A DNA stretch of 64,000 nucleotides, taken from NCBI GenBank assembly GCA_965230295.1, contig OZ246001.1, forward strand, positions 3,488,001-3,552,000. The letters run 5' to 3'. Made by a program: the position numbers and the translations under genes. This DNA comes from Marinicella sp. (GTDB lineage Bacteria > Pseudomonadota > Gammaproteobacteria > Xanthomonadales > Marinicellaceae). Below the pieces are notes generated by a model that saw only the letters and a program-made list of their open reading frames with translations, ran no database searches and was not told where the DNA came from. This document shows, one piece after another, positions 29,213 through 40,100 of this stretch; positions within the stretch are counted from its first letter, which is position 1; the number at the start of each line of letters is the position of its first letter.

Positions 29213-29920
29213 TCAGCCGGTAAATTCCAATATGATGGCAGTGATGTTATCTGACCCACCATTTTCCAGTGCTTGTATCAGCAATTGGTCACCAATTTCT
29301 TTCGGTGACAACGGTTTATTCATGATTTCAGCGATGCGATCGTCTTCAACTTCTTCGGTCAAGCCGTCTGAACACAATAAAAATTTATCACCTGGTTTGA
29401 TTTTTCCATCAGCCAGAGAAACTTTGATTTCACTGTTATCAGTGACACCTAAGGCCTGAGTGACTACGTTTCTGTGTGGATGAGAGCGAGCTTGTGAGGC
29501 AGTGATCAGGTCCTGATCAACCAATTCCTGAACATAGGAGTGGTCAGAACTGATAGGAATCAGTTTTTCTTTTGAGAGCTTATAAATTCGGGAATCACCC
29601 ACCCAAGCACAATCGTAAGCGCTGTTGTTAACTTTTAAAATGGCCACAGTGGTTCCCATGGGTAAGTCACCTGGCTTTTCTAATGAATTGTTGATGATTT
29701 CTTGGTTGGCATTAAGAATGGCTTGCTTGATGGGTATGTTGCTTTTGATTGAGCTTAAAATGTGATCACGCGCTAATGCACTTGCAATTTCTCCATGGTC
29801 ATGACCACCCATACCATCGGCAACTAAAAATAAACCACTTGCCAGGTCAATACCATAAGTATCTTCATTGTGGTCTCTTTTAATCCCTGAGTGAGATGTA
29901 TGTCCTAAAATTATATTCAT
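29213..29920 (-). CDS. PP2C-family Ser/Thr protein phosphatase
   Basis: R..NED, VADGMGGH, GTT, VGDSR, DHS, LCSDGL, GGSDNIT. Confidence 0.95.
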   Translation of the reverse strand: MNIILGHTSHSGIKRDHNEDTYGIDLASGLFLVADGMGGHDHGEIASALARDHILSSIKSNIPIKQAILNANQEIINNSLEKPGDLPMGTTVAILKVNNSAYDCAWVGDSRIYKLSKEKLIPISSDHSYVQELVDQDLITASQARSHPHRNVVTQALGVTDNSEIKVSLADGKIKPGDKFLLCSDGLTEEVEDDRIAEIMNKPLSPKEIGDQLLIQALENGGSDNITAIILEFTG

Positions 29921-30004
29921 GTGTTTGCAAGTTTTTAGCAATTATAGCATTCACTATATATCTGTTAATTGTAGCATTATGTAAAATGATTTGACTCAGA
30001 AAAA

Positions 30005-30026
30005 TAATGTGATCTGTGTCACAAAA
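30005..30026. promoter_or_regulatory. CRP/Clp-type binding site
   Basis: taaTGTGA-tctgtg-TCACAaaa: both half-sites perfect with 6-nt spacer. Confidence 0.65.
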
Positions 30027-31446
30027 TTGATTCGGGCATGTGAGTCTGTCTGATTTCCTTGTTCATCTTCCAATTCATTAGTTGTTTGTAAGTCATGATG
30101 TTGTTTACATATGTAACAGCCGTCTTGCCATCAGCATTGCCGTATCTGAGTTCATGGGCAATGCTGGGATTGTTCAGTTTGGCTAAATAGGGTTCAACTT
30201 CAATCCAGTCGTCCGGGTTTTTATTGGCCCTTTGCGCCAGTATTCGGGCATCTTCAACATGCGCATATCCGATGTTGTAGGCAGCCAATGCAAACAAAGT
30301 TCGGTCAGGCTCTTGAATCCTTTCGGGTATTTTATTATGCATGTTGCGCAGGTATTTAATGCCGCCCACCAAACTTTGTCTTGGATCGGTTCGGTCGACC
30401 ACATCAACTTCTGCAGCCGTACTGGCAGTTAACATCATCAACCCCCTAACGCCTGAAAATGAAACAGCATTGGGGTTCCAATGAGATTCTTGATAACTGA
30501 TGGCAGCCAACATGGCTGGATCAAAGTTATGATTGTCAGCCACTTCATAGACCAAGTCTCTAATCAAGGGCCAATCGGTTTGTAATTTATCGAAAAAAGT
30601 GACGGTGTTGGCCGTGTCAATGTCCGGCAGGTGTAACACAATTTCATTTTTTAATTGATCCAACAATTGACTGTCCCTGGCGCTGTTGATGAATTGATCT
30701 AATTGGGTCTTAAATTCATTTGATCTGTTTTGGCGTATCATCAAGGCCGTATCTGTAGCCGCCGAGACTTGAATGGTTTGGTAAATCCCGGGAATGAATC
30801 TTTGGTAAATGTTGATGATTTCAGAATCACCCAAGGTGTAGTCAATTTCTTTGCTGTTAATTTTTCTGATCAGCTCAAATAATGTCAAATCATCTGTTGT
30901 GCTTAAATCATTTGGACTGAAATCTTCTAAACTTTGGAATAACTCGAGGTAGCTGCTGTTGGCCAAAAGCAGGCCTTTGGTGTTTTCAAACTCTTGAATT
31001 TCTGTTTTATTTCGGTGATCGAAATGGGTCACAAGGTCAATGGCAGTTTGGCTGATAGGGGCGGTAAACTGATACTGTTCCAACCTTTCTTCGGTGATGG
31101 TTAAATGGCCACCAGCAATATCCACTTGTCCATGTTCTAAATCGTTAAACAGTTCGCCGTTGTTGTTATAGACCACAGCCTTTAATTCCAAGCCATGTTG
31201 ATCTGCGAACCTTTTTAGAATTTGATACTCAAAACCAATGATGGCATCATCGTCTTCAAAATAGGATAACAAAGATGTGCGAGTTCCATAGATCAAAACA
31301 CCCCGTTGTTTGATCAAATCCCAAGTTGAAGAAAGTGGAATTGGGCTGTAGATGAAAAAGAACAAAACCACCACCAACACGAACAAAATCAGTGTTTTCA
31401 AACGACTGATTTTTTGCAACAGCTGATTGATTCTTGAATCAGCCAA
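30019..31446 (-). CDS. mltF: Membrane-bound lytic murein transglycosylase F
   Basis: N-terminal SBP-3 domain (GFEY) plus SLT domain YQESHWNP.A.S..GVRGLMMLT, AAYNIG..H.EDAR. Confidence 0.93.
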   Translation of the reverse strand: MADSRINQLLQKISRLKTLILFVLVVVLFFFIYSPIPLSSTWDLIKQRGVLIYGTRTSLLSYFEDDDAIIGFEYQILKRFADQHGLELKAVVYNNNGELFNDLEHGQVDIAGGHLTITEERLEQYQFTAPISQTAIDLVTHFDHRNKTEIQEFENTKGLLLANSSYLELFQSLEDFSPNDLSTTDDLTLFELIRKINSKEIDYTLGDSEIINIYQRFIPGIYQTIQVSAATDTALMIRQNRSNEFKTQLDQFINSARDSQLLDQLKNEIVLHLPDIDTANTVTFFDKLQTDWPLIRDLVYEVADNHNFDPAMLAAISYQESHWNPNAVSFSGVRGLMMLTASTAAEVDVVDRTDPRQSLVGGIKYLRNMHNKIPERIQEPDRTLFALAAYNIGYAHVEDARILAQRANKNPDDWIEVEPYLAKLNNPSIAHELRYGNADGKTAVTYVNNIMTYKQLMNWKMNKEIRQTHMPESIL

Positions 31447-31549
31447 AGTTTTGTTTTGGGTTATGAGTCAGCAATTTAATGAGGTCTCTGTGTTTCTTAA
31501 CAAGTGTACATTATAATAACCTTTTTTTTATATTGAAAATGGATCAATC

Positions 31550-31954
31550 ATGAGTCTTGGTGGATTTTTACTCCGATGGTTGTGCGCTTTTATACTGGTC
31601 AGCGCCACTTTTAACCCGACTGGATACTCGTTATTCCACTGGATGTGGCCATTGAGTGATGAACAACTGCCATTAAAAATATTGGTGATCATTTTGCTGT
31701 TAGGCAGTTATTTATTTTTCTTATCGGCCACCATGAAATCTTTAGGGGCGTTAGGAATTATCGTGCTTCTGGCATTCTGTGGTACATTGGTTTGGTTGTT
31801 TGTCGATCAAGGCTGGTTGAACCTGGCCAATTCAACCATTTTGGCTTGGATCTTGATATTGATGCTGTCCATCATCTTGGGTTTAGGTATATCCTGGTCC
31901 CACATTAAAAAACGGATCACGGGTCAGTTTGACACCGATGATGTAGGAGAATAA
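31550..31954 (+). CDS. Membrane protein, DUF6524-like
   Basis: RW...LV.ATFNPTG.S..HW; GISWSHI..R.TGQ.D.DD. Confidence 0.75.
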   Translation: MSLGGFLLRWLCAFILVSATFNPTGYSLFHWMWPLSDEQLPLKILVIILLLGSYLFFLSATMKSLGALGIIVLLAFCGTLVWLFVDQGWLNLANSTILAWILILMLSIILGLGISWSHIKKRITGQFDTDDVGE

Positions 31955-31956
31955 AA

Positions 31957-32349
31957 ATGAGTTTAGTAAGTACCCCCATGTCGGTTGGAGAATTGTTGGA
32001 TAAGATCACCATCCTAGAGATTAAATCAAGCAAAATCACCGATGAAGCCAAGTTAAAAAACATCAATTATGAATTGGACCTGTTGACCAAAACCTGGATG
32101 GAAACAGGATTGAGTAGTGGCAAAACGGATGAGCTGAAACAAGCCTTGAAAGCGGTGAATTTGAAACTATGGAAGATCGAAGATGACATCAGAATATTCG
32201 AAAAGAACAAATCATTTGGTGATGAATTTGTGCAATTGGCTCGCAGTGTTTATTATCAAAATGATGACCGTGCTGCCATTAAAAAACAAATCAATGAATT
32301 GACTGGATCGGACCTGGTTGAAGAAAAATCATATGAATCTTATGGTTAA
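31957..32349 (+). CDS. DUF6165-like protein
   Basis: S.GELLDKITILEIK, LW.IEDDIR, F..LARSVY..ND.RA, EEKSY. Confidence 0.8.
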   Translation: MSLVSTPMSVGELLDKITILEIKSSKITDEAKLKNINYELDLLTKTWMETGLSSGKTDELKQALKAVNLKLWKIEDDIRIFEKNKSFGDEFVQLARSVYYQNDDRAAIKKQINELTGSDLVEEKSYESYG

Positions 32350-32416
32350 ACAAATGTTTTGACAATTCGCACCTGACAAGCGATTATCTATTGACAAAAC
32401 CAAGTAATATGTCCCA

Positions 32417-33394
32417 GTGACTGATATGGAAAACAGAACAACAGTAAGAAGCGAAAAAGAAATCATAGTGATGGGTTTAAGCCTCACTTATGCCATTTGT
32501 GTGGGGATTTTTGCTGCCATCAGGTTGTTTAACCAAGAATGGGTTGTTGGTGTTCTAGATGTGGTTTTGGCATTGTTCGGACTGTATGTCTTCGTGGTGG
32601 TCTGGCAAACCAGAAACACCACTTTCCCTGCCTATGCGATTGCCATCATTTCAGTGGTGGGAACCATTGCAACCATCATATTAAAAGGCGAAAACCAAAT
32701 TTTTTGGGCTTATCCATCGGTGGCATTGATGTTTTACTTGTTGCCAACAAAACAAGCTTTGATTTTGTGGAGTATTGCAGCCGTTGTTATTCTTGGCCTG
32801 TTGATTGATTTGCCAACCATTAAATTGGTTTCCATTGCGATGACATTGTTCATTACCAGTTTCTTTTGTCATCTGTTTTCCTCAAAAATGTACCAACAGC
32901 ATGATCGACTGCGCAACATTGCCAATGAAGATGTGCTGACGAAAGTTAAAAACCGACGTGCATTTAACCAGGATACGGAACTATTAAAAGCCTCTGATAC
33001 AGTGGAATCAGCGATATTATTTGACTTGGATAACTTTAAAAAAATTAATGATTATTTTGGTCATGCCAAAGGCGATGAAGTTTTGAAACAAGCTTCACAA
33101 TTGGTCAAAGGCTGGATGCAGGTACCAGGTAACCTGTATCGCATCGGTGGTGATGAGTTTGCCATCCTTTGCCAAGGTCAGAATTTTAACCATGCTTATC
33201 AACTGGCCAGTCAAATCCACGAGTCATTCAATGCGAGTGAATTGCATGAACAACACGGTATTACCTTGTCAATGGCGGTCGCTCAAAAAGAATCAGATGA
33301 AAGCATCAGAGAGTGGCTGAGTCGCCTGGACTCTGCGTTGTATAAAGCCAAGAAATCAGGGCGCAATCAAATAGTCAAAGCGATCAGGTATTGA
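32417..33394 (+). CDS. Membrane-bound diguanylate cyclase
   Basis: Five to six N-terminal TMs; DLDNFKKIND.FGH..GD; GGDEF. Confidence 0.92.
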   Translation: MTDMENRTTVRSEKEIIVMGLSLTYAICVGIFAAIRLFNQEWVVGVLDVVLALFGLYVFVVVWQTRNTTFPAYAIAIISVVGTIATIILKGENQIFWAYPSVALMFYLLPTKQALILWSIAAVVILGLLIDLPTIKLVSIAMTLFITSFFCHLFSSKMYQQHDRLRNIANEDVLTKVKNRRAFNQDTELLKASDTVESAILFDLDNFKKINDYFGHAKGDEVLKQASQLVKGWMQVPGNLYRIGGDEFAILCQGQNFNHAYQLASQIHESFNASELHEQHGITLSMAVAQKESDESIREWLSRLDSALYKAKKSGRNQIVKAIRY

Positions 33395-33513
33395 TTCATT
33401 GAACTGAATAAAGAAATGTCTTTGGTGGCTGATTATTTTGTTTAAATGACCCCTCTATCATATTTTGAGAATGGCTGATGTTACGCTTTTTGTTGTTATA
33501 AAATTAATTACTG

Positions 33514-36500
33514 ATGTCAAACTCAAATACACCAGGGATCAATTTATTTTTCAGTCATTCGGTAGAACGCTTAGCGGATTTGTTGAGCGACAAGATTCAC
33601 GCGCAACAAGCACAGGCTGGCTTGTTTAATGCTGTCAATGTGTTGGTGCCAAACAGCAACATGCAACGATATTTGCAGTTGCATGTTGCTGAACGCAAAG
33701 GTGTTTGTGCCCATGTGGAGTTTCCATTTCTAGAAACGGGTTTGTTTCAAATGACCCAGGTTATTACTGGTGAAGATCATGCACATTTGAATGGAACCCT
33801 TCTCAGTTGGAAAATTTGGGCATTTTTGAAACAACTGGATGATCAGGGAGTAGGTGTTTATGGACCTATACATGACTACATCAATTACACTGACTCCGAA
33901 GGCTTGATCGCCAGAAAACAATTCCAGCTCAGCCAAAAATTAGCCATGTTGTTATTGGACTATGAATCTCAAAGGCCTGAAATGGTCAGATCATGGCAAC
34001 ACAATCATTTGCTTTTTGAAAACAGCAATGATGGTTATTTGCAGCAATTAGAAGCGATGCAACAAAAATTGTATCAACAGATTGTGCAATCAGAAAACAA
34101 GCAAAAGACCTTGTTACAAATGGCAAATGATTTGCAACAAGCTACATGTAATGAAGCCCCTCCAGCCATCCATATATTCACGCCTTCAAGAATATCCCAA
34201 TTACACAGACAGTTGATGTTGCAATTGGCTGAATTCATGCCAGTTAACATCTATCAACTTAATGTGTGTATGGAATATTGGGAAGATATGCAAACGCCAG
34301 GTGAGCAACAATGGTATCAAAGCCAACTCACTCATATCGCAAGGCTTAAAGTTGAAACAACTGATGATGAAGGCCAACCTTACACGGATGAAAATACAAG
34401 CCAGGAACTGTTCTCGGAACTGTTATCTAACCCTGATGAGAATGAACTGCTTCAAGCATGGGGCAAGCCGGGCAGGGAAACACTCAAACTGTTCAGCGAA
34501 ATAGAACATGATGCAGCCCATTATTCTATTGCATTCAACGATCATTGGTTTGAATCTGAACACAATGAACAAGGTGTCTTACAAGCCATTCAGTCTCATA
34601 TCATCAATCGGGTTTCTGACACCGATGCAACCATCCAAGCCACACACCTCAACTCTTTACAGTTTGCGGTGGCCCCATCAATAATCAGAGAAGTTGAGGC
34701 CACTTACAACAGTATCTTGTGGAACTTAAAACAGAATCCCTCATTAAAGCTGAATGAAATTGCCGTGCTGGTTACAGATATGAGCAAGTATCGTTTTGTG
34801 CTTGAACAAGTTTTTGAGTCTTTCAATCACCAACACCAACATCAACTTAAATATGCAATCGTAGACAGCAATGCAGAAGTTGAAAGCCAGTATGCAGCGG
34901 CAGTCAATGGATTGTTTAAAGTTTTAGAGGATAACTTCATTCGCGCTTCACTGTTTGAATGGTTTGACAACCCTTGTGTTCAGGCGGCCAATCAATTTGA
35001 TCACAATGATTGGGGTCATTGGTTACAAGCGGTGGATAAATTGGGTATTTATTGTGGTTATGACAGTTTGTATGAGAGCGATGATGAAGTGAGTTCTCGG
35101 TTGTTTACCTGGCAGCAGGGCCTCGAAACCTTAAGACAGTCATTGGCTTTTGAAGGAACCGGGTCTGTAGCAGCGGCATTTTTAAGTGCTGAAAAGATTG
35201 GCCAATTAAGCGTCATGATTGAAAGTTTACACAGCTACCAACAGCGCTTACAAACCCCAAAGCAAGTGAACCAATGGGAACCACTGATCAATGACATGCT
35301 GGAAACATTAATCGTGGTATCAGATGACCACAACAAAGAGCAAGTGGTGCAAATGTCATTGCAGCATGGCTTGCAAAAACTGTCTTCCAGCCAACCTGAA
35401 TTGGTCCTCAACTACCAGGACATAAAACTTTTCATCCAACATCAATTACAAGCAATTCCTGCCAACAAGGGCAATTACCTGTCTGGCGGTGTGGTTTGTG
35501 CGGCACTACAACCGATGCGGCCAATACCATTCAAACTGACTTACATCCTAGGTATGGATGAAAAGTCATTTCCAGGTCAATTGAATCAGGAAACCTTGGA
35601 CTTAACCAACCGCAGCCGTCGCATAGGCGACATCAATGGAGTAGAAAATAACCAGTATTTATTTTTAGAAACCTTGATGTGCAGCCGTGAAAAGTTGTAC
35701 CTGTCATATGTTGGCATTGATCTCGTCAAGGATGAGGAGATCATGCCATCACCCGTGTACCTGACCCTGAAATCTTATTGTGATTCAACGGTTCATTTTG
35801 ATGTATTGCCTTTCAAGACTTACCCCATCCATCAGATTCCACTTAACAGCAATGATGATGCATGTTTTGATGTCCAATACCTAACTCACAGTGATTGGTT
35901 GGTTAATTTTTCTTATGGTGATTATTTGTTGAATCAAACTGAAAAGGGGGCTGTTGAATGGCCAGTACCACTGACTCCGGCCCAGCAACTTACCCATGAG
36001 GTTTTTCAAAAACAGCATAATGGCAAACCGCCAGAACATGAGGACTCTGATGGATGCGTGAAGACATTAATGACCGAGATCAATGGTGAGGCATTGGCTC
36101 AATATTTAACCAACCCTCAAATCGCCATACTGAGACAGTTGGGTATAGCAACAAAGCATGAAGATGATTTGTCTTTGGTTGATAAAGAACCCGTTAAATT
36201 ATTGCCTTTGGTAAAGCACCAAATATTTATCCAAGCCGTTAATGAATGGTTGTTACAACCTGCTACAGCTGACTTTAACGACTTAATAGCACAACAACAT
36301 CAAATCGAATTGAAACAATCAAAAGCGCCTGTGAGTTTGTTTGCTGGATTGAATCAGTTTTCTAAAACAGCAGACTTGCTAAAACGCAAGTTACAAACAA
36401 AGTTAATCGATAAAAGCTTTATTGGCGGGGTTCAAGTCGGTGATTCAGAAGTCGATGAGAAAGCAAAAATAAAAGTGGATGCCATTAAGCTTGACCTGGT

Positions 36501-37155
36501 TCTGGAACCGGGTTCTGATGACGTGGTAAAAATCAACAGTTTGGCCAATAACATATTTACTGATGGTGATCTACTCTCGGATATGGTGGTGGTCAGTACC
36601 AGCAGTAAAAACACCAAGTGGAACAGCAAATTATTATCGCCCTTTATTAATTGGTGTCTCTGGCAATTATCGCCAGAGATCAAATTGGCTGAAGAATTTC
36701 ATGTGCATATGGTGTTTCCCAATAAAATACACAGCACAGTATTGCGACCATGGTATGCCAATGACATCGGTTTTTCATCACAAAGCACCATCAGGCAATA
36801 CCTACAAAACCTGATCAGAAGCTATTCCAATGGTCAGGATGACTTTATTCCGGTTGAATTGGCCAGTCAGTTAAAAATACCCAGCAAACCACAGCAGCAA
36901 ATCAGGTTTCTGGGTACAAAGAGCACATCCAAAGACAATGTGTTCTTTGCTTATGATCAACTGACTGCAGACGACAAAGCCAAGCTGTTGGCTATTTATG
37001 CCGAGAAATTAGACTGGCCAGACTATCAGGAAGTTTTGAAAGCCATAACAATCAATCAGGCACCACAACCGTGGCTGTGGATAAGAACCTTTTTATTGCC
37101 GCTGTATGCCATGGTTGAGGGCAGGTTTGAAGGATCGGACGGTGATTTATCATGA
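33514..37155 (+). CDS. recC: Exodeoxyribonuclease V gamma subunit
   Basis: LVPN, RP..V..W, LL.AWGKPGRE, PMRPIPFK...LGMDE..FP, FLE.L...REKLYLSY. Confidence 0.93.
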   Translation: MSNSNTPGINLFFSHSVERLADLLSDKIHAQQAQAGLFNAVNVLVPNSNMQRYLQLHVAERKGVCAHVEFPFLETGLFQMTQVITGEDHAHLNGTLLSWKIWAFLKQLDDQGVGVYGPIHDYINYTDSEGLIARKQFQLSQKLAMLLLDYESQRPEMVRSWQHNHLLFENSNDGYLQQLEAMQQKLYQQIVQSENKQKTLLQMANDLQQATCNEAPPAIHIFTPSRISQLHRQLMLQLAEFMPVNIYQLNVCMEYWEDMQTPGEQQWYQSQLTHIARLKVETTDDEGQPYTDENTSQELFSELLSNPDENELLQAWGKPGRETLKLFSEIEHDAAHYSIAFNDHWFESEHNEQGVLQAIQSHIINRVSDTDATIQATHLNSLQFAVAPSIIREVEATYNSILWNLKQNPSLKLNEIAVLVTDMSKYRFVLEQVFESFNHQHQHQLKYAIVDSNAEVESQYAAAVNGLFKVLEDNFIRASLFEWFDNPCVQAANQFDHNDWGHWLQAVDKLGIYCGYDSLYESDDEVSSRLFTWQQGLETLRQSLAFEGTGSVAAAFLSAEKIGQLSVMIESLHSYQQRLQTPKQVNQWEPLINDMLETLIVVSDDHNKEQVVQMSLQHGLQKLSSSQPELVLNYQDIKLFIQHQLQAIPANKGNYLSGGVVCAALQPMRPIPFKLTYILGMDEKSFPGQLNQETLDLTNRSRRIGDINGVENNQYLFLETLMCSREKLYLSYVGIDLVKDEEIMPSPVYLTLKSYCDSTVHFDVLPFKTYPIHQIPLNSNDDACFDVQYLTHSDWLVNFSYGDYLLNQTEKGAVEWPVPLTPAQQLTHEVFQKQHNGKPPEHEDSDGCVKTLMTEINGEALAQYLTNPQIAILRQLGIATKHEDDLSLVDKEPVKLLPLVKHQIFIQAVNEWLLQPATADFNDLIAQQHQIELKQSKAPVSLFAGLNQFSKTADLLKRKLQTKLIDKSFIGGVQVGDSEVDEKAKIKVDAIKLDLVLEPGSDDVVKINSLANNIFTDGDLLSDMVVVSTSSKNTKWNSKLLSPFINWCLWQLSPEIKLAEEFHVHMVFPNKIHSTVLRPWYANDIGFSSQSTIRQYLQNLIRSYSNGQDDFIPVELASQLKIPSKPQQQIRFLGTKSTSKDNVFFAYDQLTADDKAKLLAIYAEKLDWPDYQEVLKAITINQAPQPWLWIRTFLLPLYAMVEGRFEGSDGDLS

Positions 37156-40100
37156 ATGAGTTCATCACATTGACCGACCCTGGGCTGGTTGACTTAAATA
37201 ATCATGGTGTGATTGAAGCATCGGCTGGTACTGGTAAGACTTATACCCTGATTGAGTTGGTGATGCGAGCACTGAAAGAACAGCGACTTTCTATTGATGA
37301 AATTTTGCTGGTGACTTTCACTGAACCAGCCACTGGCGAATTGAAAAATCGCATCAGGGCTCGGATATTGGTCGAATTGAGTGACCCTGGCTTATCAGCA
37401 GATTTATCTGAACACCTACAAAAAGCACTGAGGCAACTGAACCAGGCGTCGGTTTTTACCATTCATGGTTTTTGTCACCGCACACTGAAAGAATATGCAT
37501 TTGAACAAAGTGCTGTGTTTGAATCGCTATTGGTCAATGACCACGACCTCAGGATACAAATACTGCACCAAATTAAGCGTGGCTGGCCTGCTGATGACGA
37601 ATTGGTGGGTCAATTGCGTGCTTATATCGGTGACAAGGATATCCACAGTGTGGATCAACTGATTTTGGATCTGGCCAAACAATTCAAACCTGGTATCAAT
37701 GATTTTTATCCATCTGGTGATGATTTAAGCAAAGCTTCAGTACTGCGACAATTTGTTTCGTTAAAAAACGTGGATATGCAAGTTTTGTTCAATGAATTTA
37801 ACGCTTTAAAAGGACTGCCCGAGGATGCAGAAGATAAATTGTGGTTGGGTATCATTGAACCCATTCTGGTTAGACTGATGAGGCTTATTTCAGAACAAAA
37901 CTTTGATGACGTTCATGATTACTTGAGTGAAATTTACCAAGGCAAAACCCATATACTCCCTCGGTTTTTCCCTCGAAAGCCTGCCGTCTATAATAATGAT
38001 CATAAAAACAGCTGTGCTTTAGAAAATAGAGAACTGGCTCCTGAACTGTTTGCTGTATGCAATCAAATAGACCGGTTAAATGAGGCAGTTGGCAGCGTTG
38101 TGTTGGCTCAGGAAGTTAAAATAATACCGATTCTGCTCAATCAGCTTAACGACAAAGTACGGCAACATAAATTGAATAATGGTCTCATCAGCTATGATGA
38201 CATGATTACACGACTTTGGGAGCAGATATCTGCAGAAGCTGAGCAAGTAGCGCGTCATTTAACCCACGCCATCAGGTCACGGTATCAAATGGTTTTGATC
38301 GACGAGTTCCAGGACACCGATTTAAAACAATGGCAAATATTTAAACAGTTGTTCTTGTGTGACAGCCATCAACTGATTGTCATAGGTGACCCCAAACAAG
38401 CGATTTACGGTTTCCGTGGTGCGGACCTCAACACATACCACATGGCAGTTAAAGAAATTCAATCAAGTTATGGTGGTCAGGCCTATCGATTGCACCACAA
38501 TTATCGCAGCACCAAGGCATTGGTTACTGCTTTGAATCAATTCTTTGCAAAGGATGAACAAGGCGGCTGGTTTGAGTCGTCAGAAGTGGCTGTTGAAGTA
38601 CCAGAATCGAACCTGAATTATTCACCACCAAAAGTGGTGGATCCTCCGCATTCATTGGCAGCCTTGAACCTGATCCAAGTGCAACATGACAAAGCAGTAG
38701 TTTTGAAAAAAAAATTGGCTGTAAAGATTGCACAAACCATTAAGTTTCAATTGCTCAATCAAGTGGAAGTCAGCTTCAAGGGAAATACCAAATTCATTGA
38801 ACCCGGTGATGTTTGTGTTCTGGTGCGAGGTAAAAATGATGCCGAATTTATTGAAGATGAATTACAAGCTTTGGGGATTCCATTCAGCTACCATAAAAAA
38901 CAAGACCTTTATCAGTCTGTGGAGGCCATACATTTTCAAATTCTGTTAACAGCATTGGCCGAACCAAGTCGTAAAAAACGCTTCAATAATCTATTGATCA
39001 GTTTGTTTTTTGATATTAAACCAAAGGATTTGCCGCATTTTGCACACAGTAATAGCAATCATATCAATAGGTTATGGTCTGAAGTTAAATTGGCATCTAA
39101 TCAAAAAGATTGGGTCAAAGTGTTTGATTTAATGCTGCATAACAGTGGTGCTTTGATCAGGCATCGGCACAACACCCGCAGACTGGCAAACATCAGACAG
39201 TTACAACAACAACTGTTGGATGAGGCCTTACAAAGCAATTGTGAAGCCAAAAGTTTGTTGAAGGTGTTCAGAAGTTGGCGCGAAAACAGTGCCAGTGAAG
39301 AGGCCTTACACCACAAAGACACTGAACAATCAGCCGTTAAAATCATGACCATGCACATCAGTAAGGGCCTGGAATATCCTGTGGTGTTTTTGATGGGCGG
39401 GTTGAATGCAAAAAATGAGCGTCCCAAATACCTTAAGTTTTACGACCAGGAACAACAAAAAACAGTTTTTGACCTGGTCGGAGCCCATCAAAAGGTATTT
39501 GATCAACAACAAATGGAGGAAAGCCAACAGCTGTATTATGTTGCCATGACCCGCGCCATCTTTATGCTGTTCCTGCCTGAAGTTGTGGGTGAGGGCGCGA
39601 ACAAGTTAAATGGCTTCTATGCAAAAACTGTGATGCCGAGGATCGCGCAATTGAATTTGCCTGTTCATGTGGTCAAAACTGACCAATCCATTCAACAGCC
39701 GCATCGGGCCAAGGTACTACAAAAACAGTTACTGCCTACTTTGCCGGATTTGAAGCATAACAGGAGCATCCATTTATACTCCTTTTCATCACTCAGTCGA
39801 ATCCAATCCAACCGACAAGAATCAGCAAGTGATTTGGTCACCACACATGCCACAGAATCACAGATGGCTGAAGAAATGAATTTGAATGAAACCCTTGAAA
39901 AAGCAGTGGCACAAGTGCCAGGCGGTGTTAAAACAGGTTTGGCACTGCATGGTATTTTTGAAAATGTCAGTTTCAAAGCAATCAGCCAACACCGTGACTT
40001 AGCTGCTTTGTATGCGGATGATCATATCATGAAGGTGGTTGATGAACAGATGCATTTGTTCAGGCTGGAAAATAAGCCCTTGTTGAACGAGCAAGGCGAG

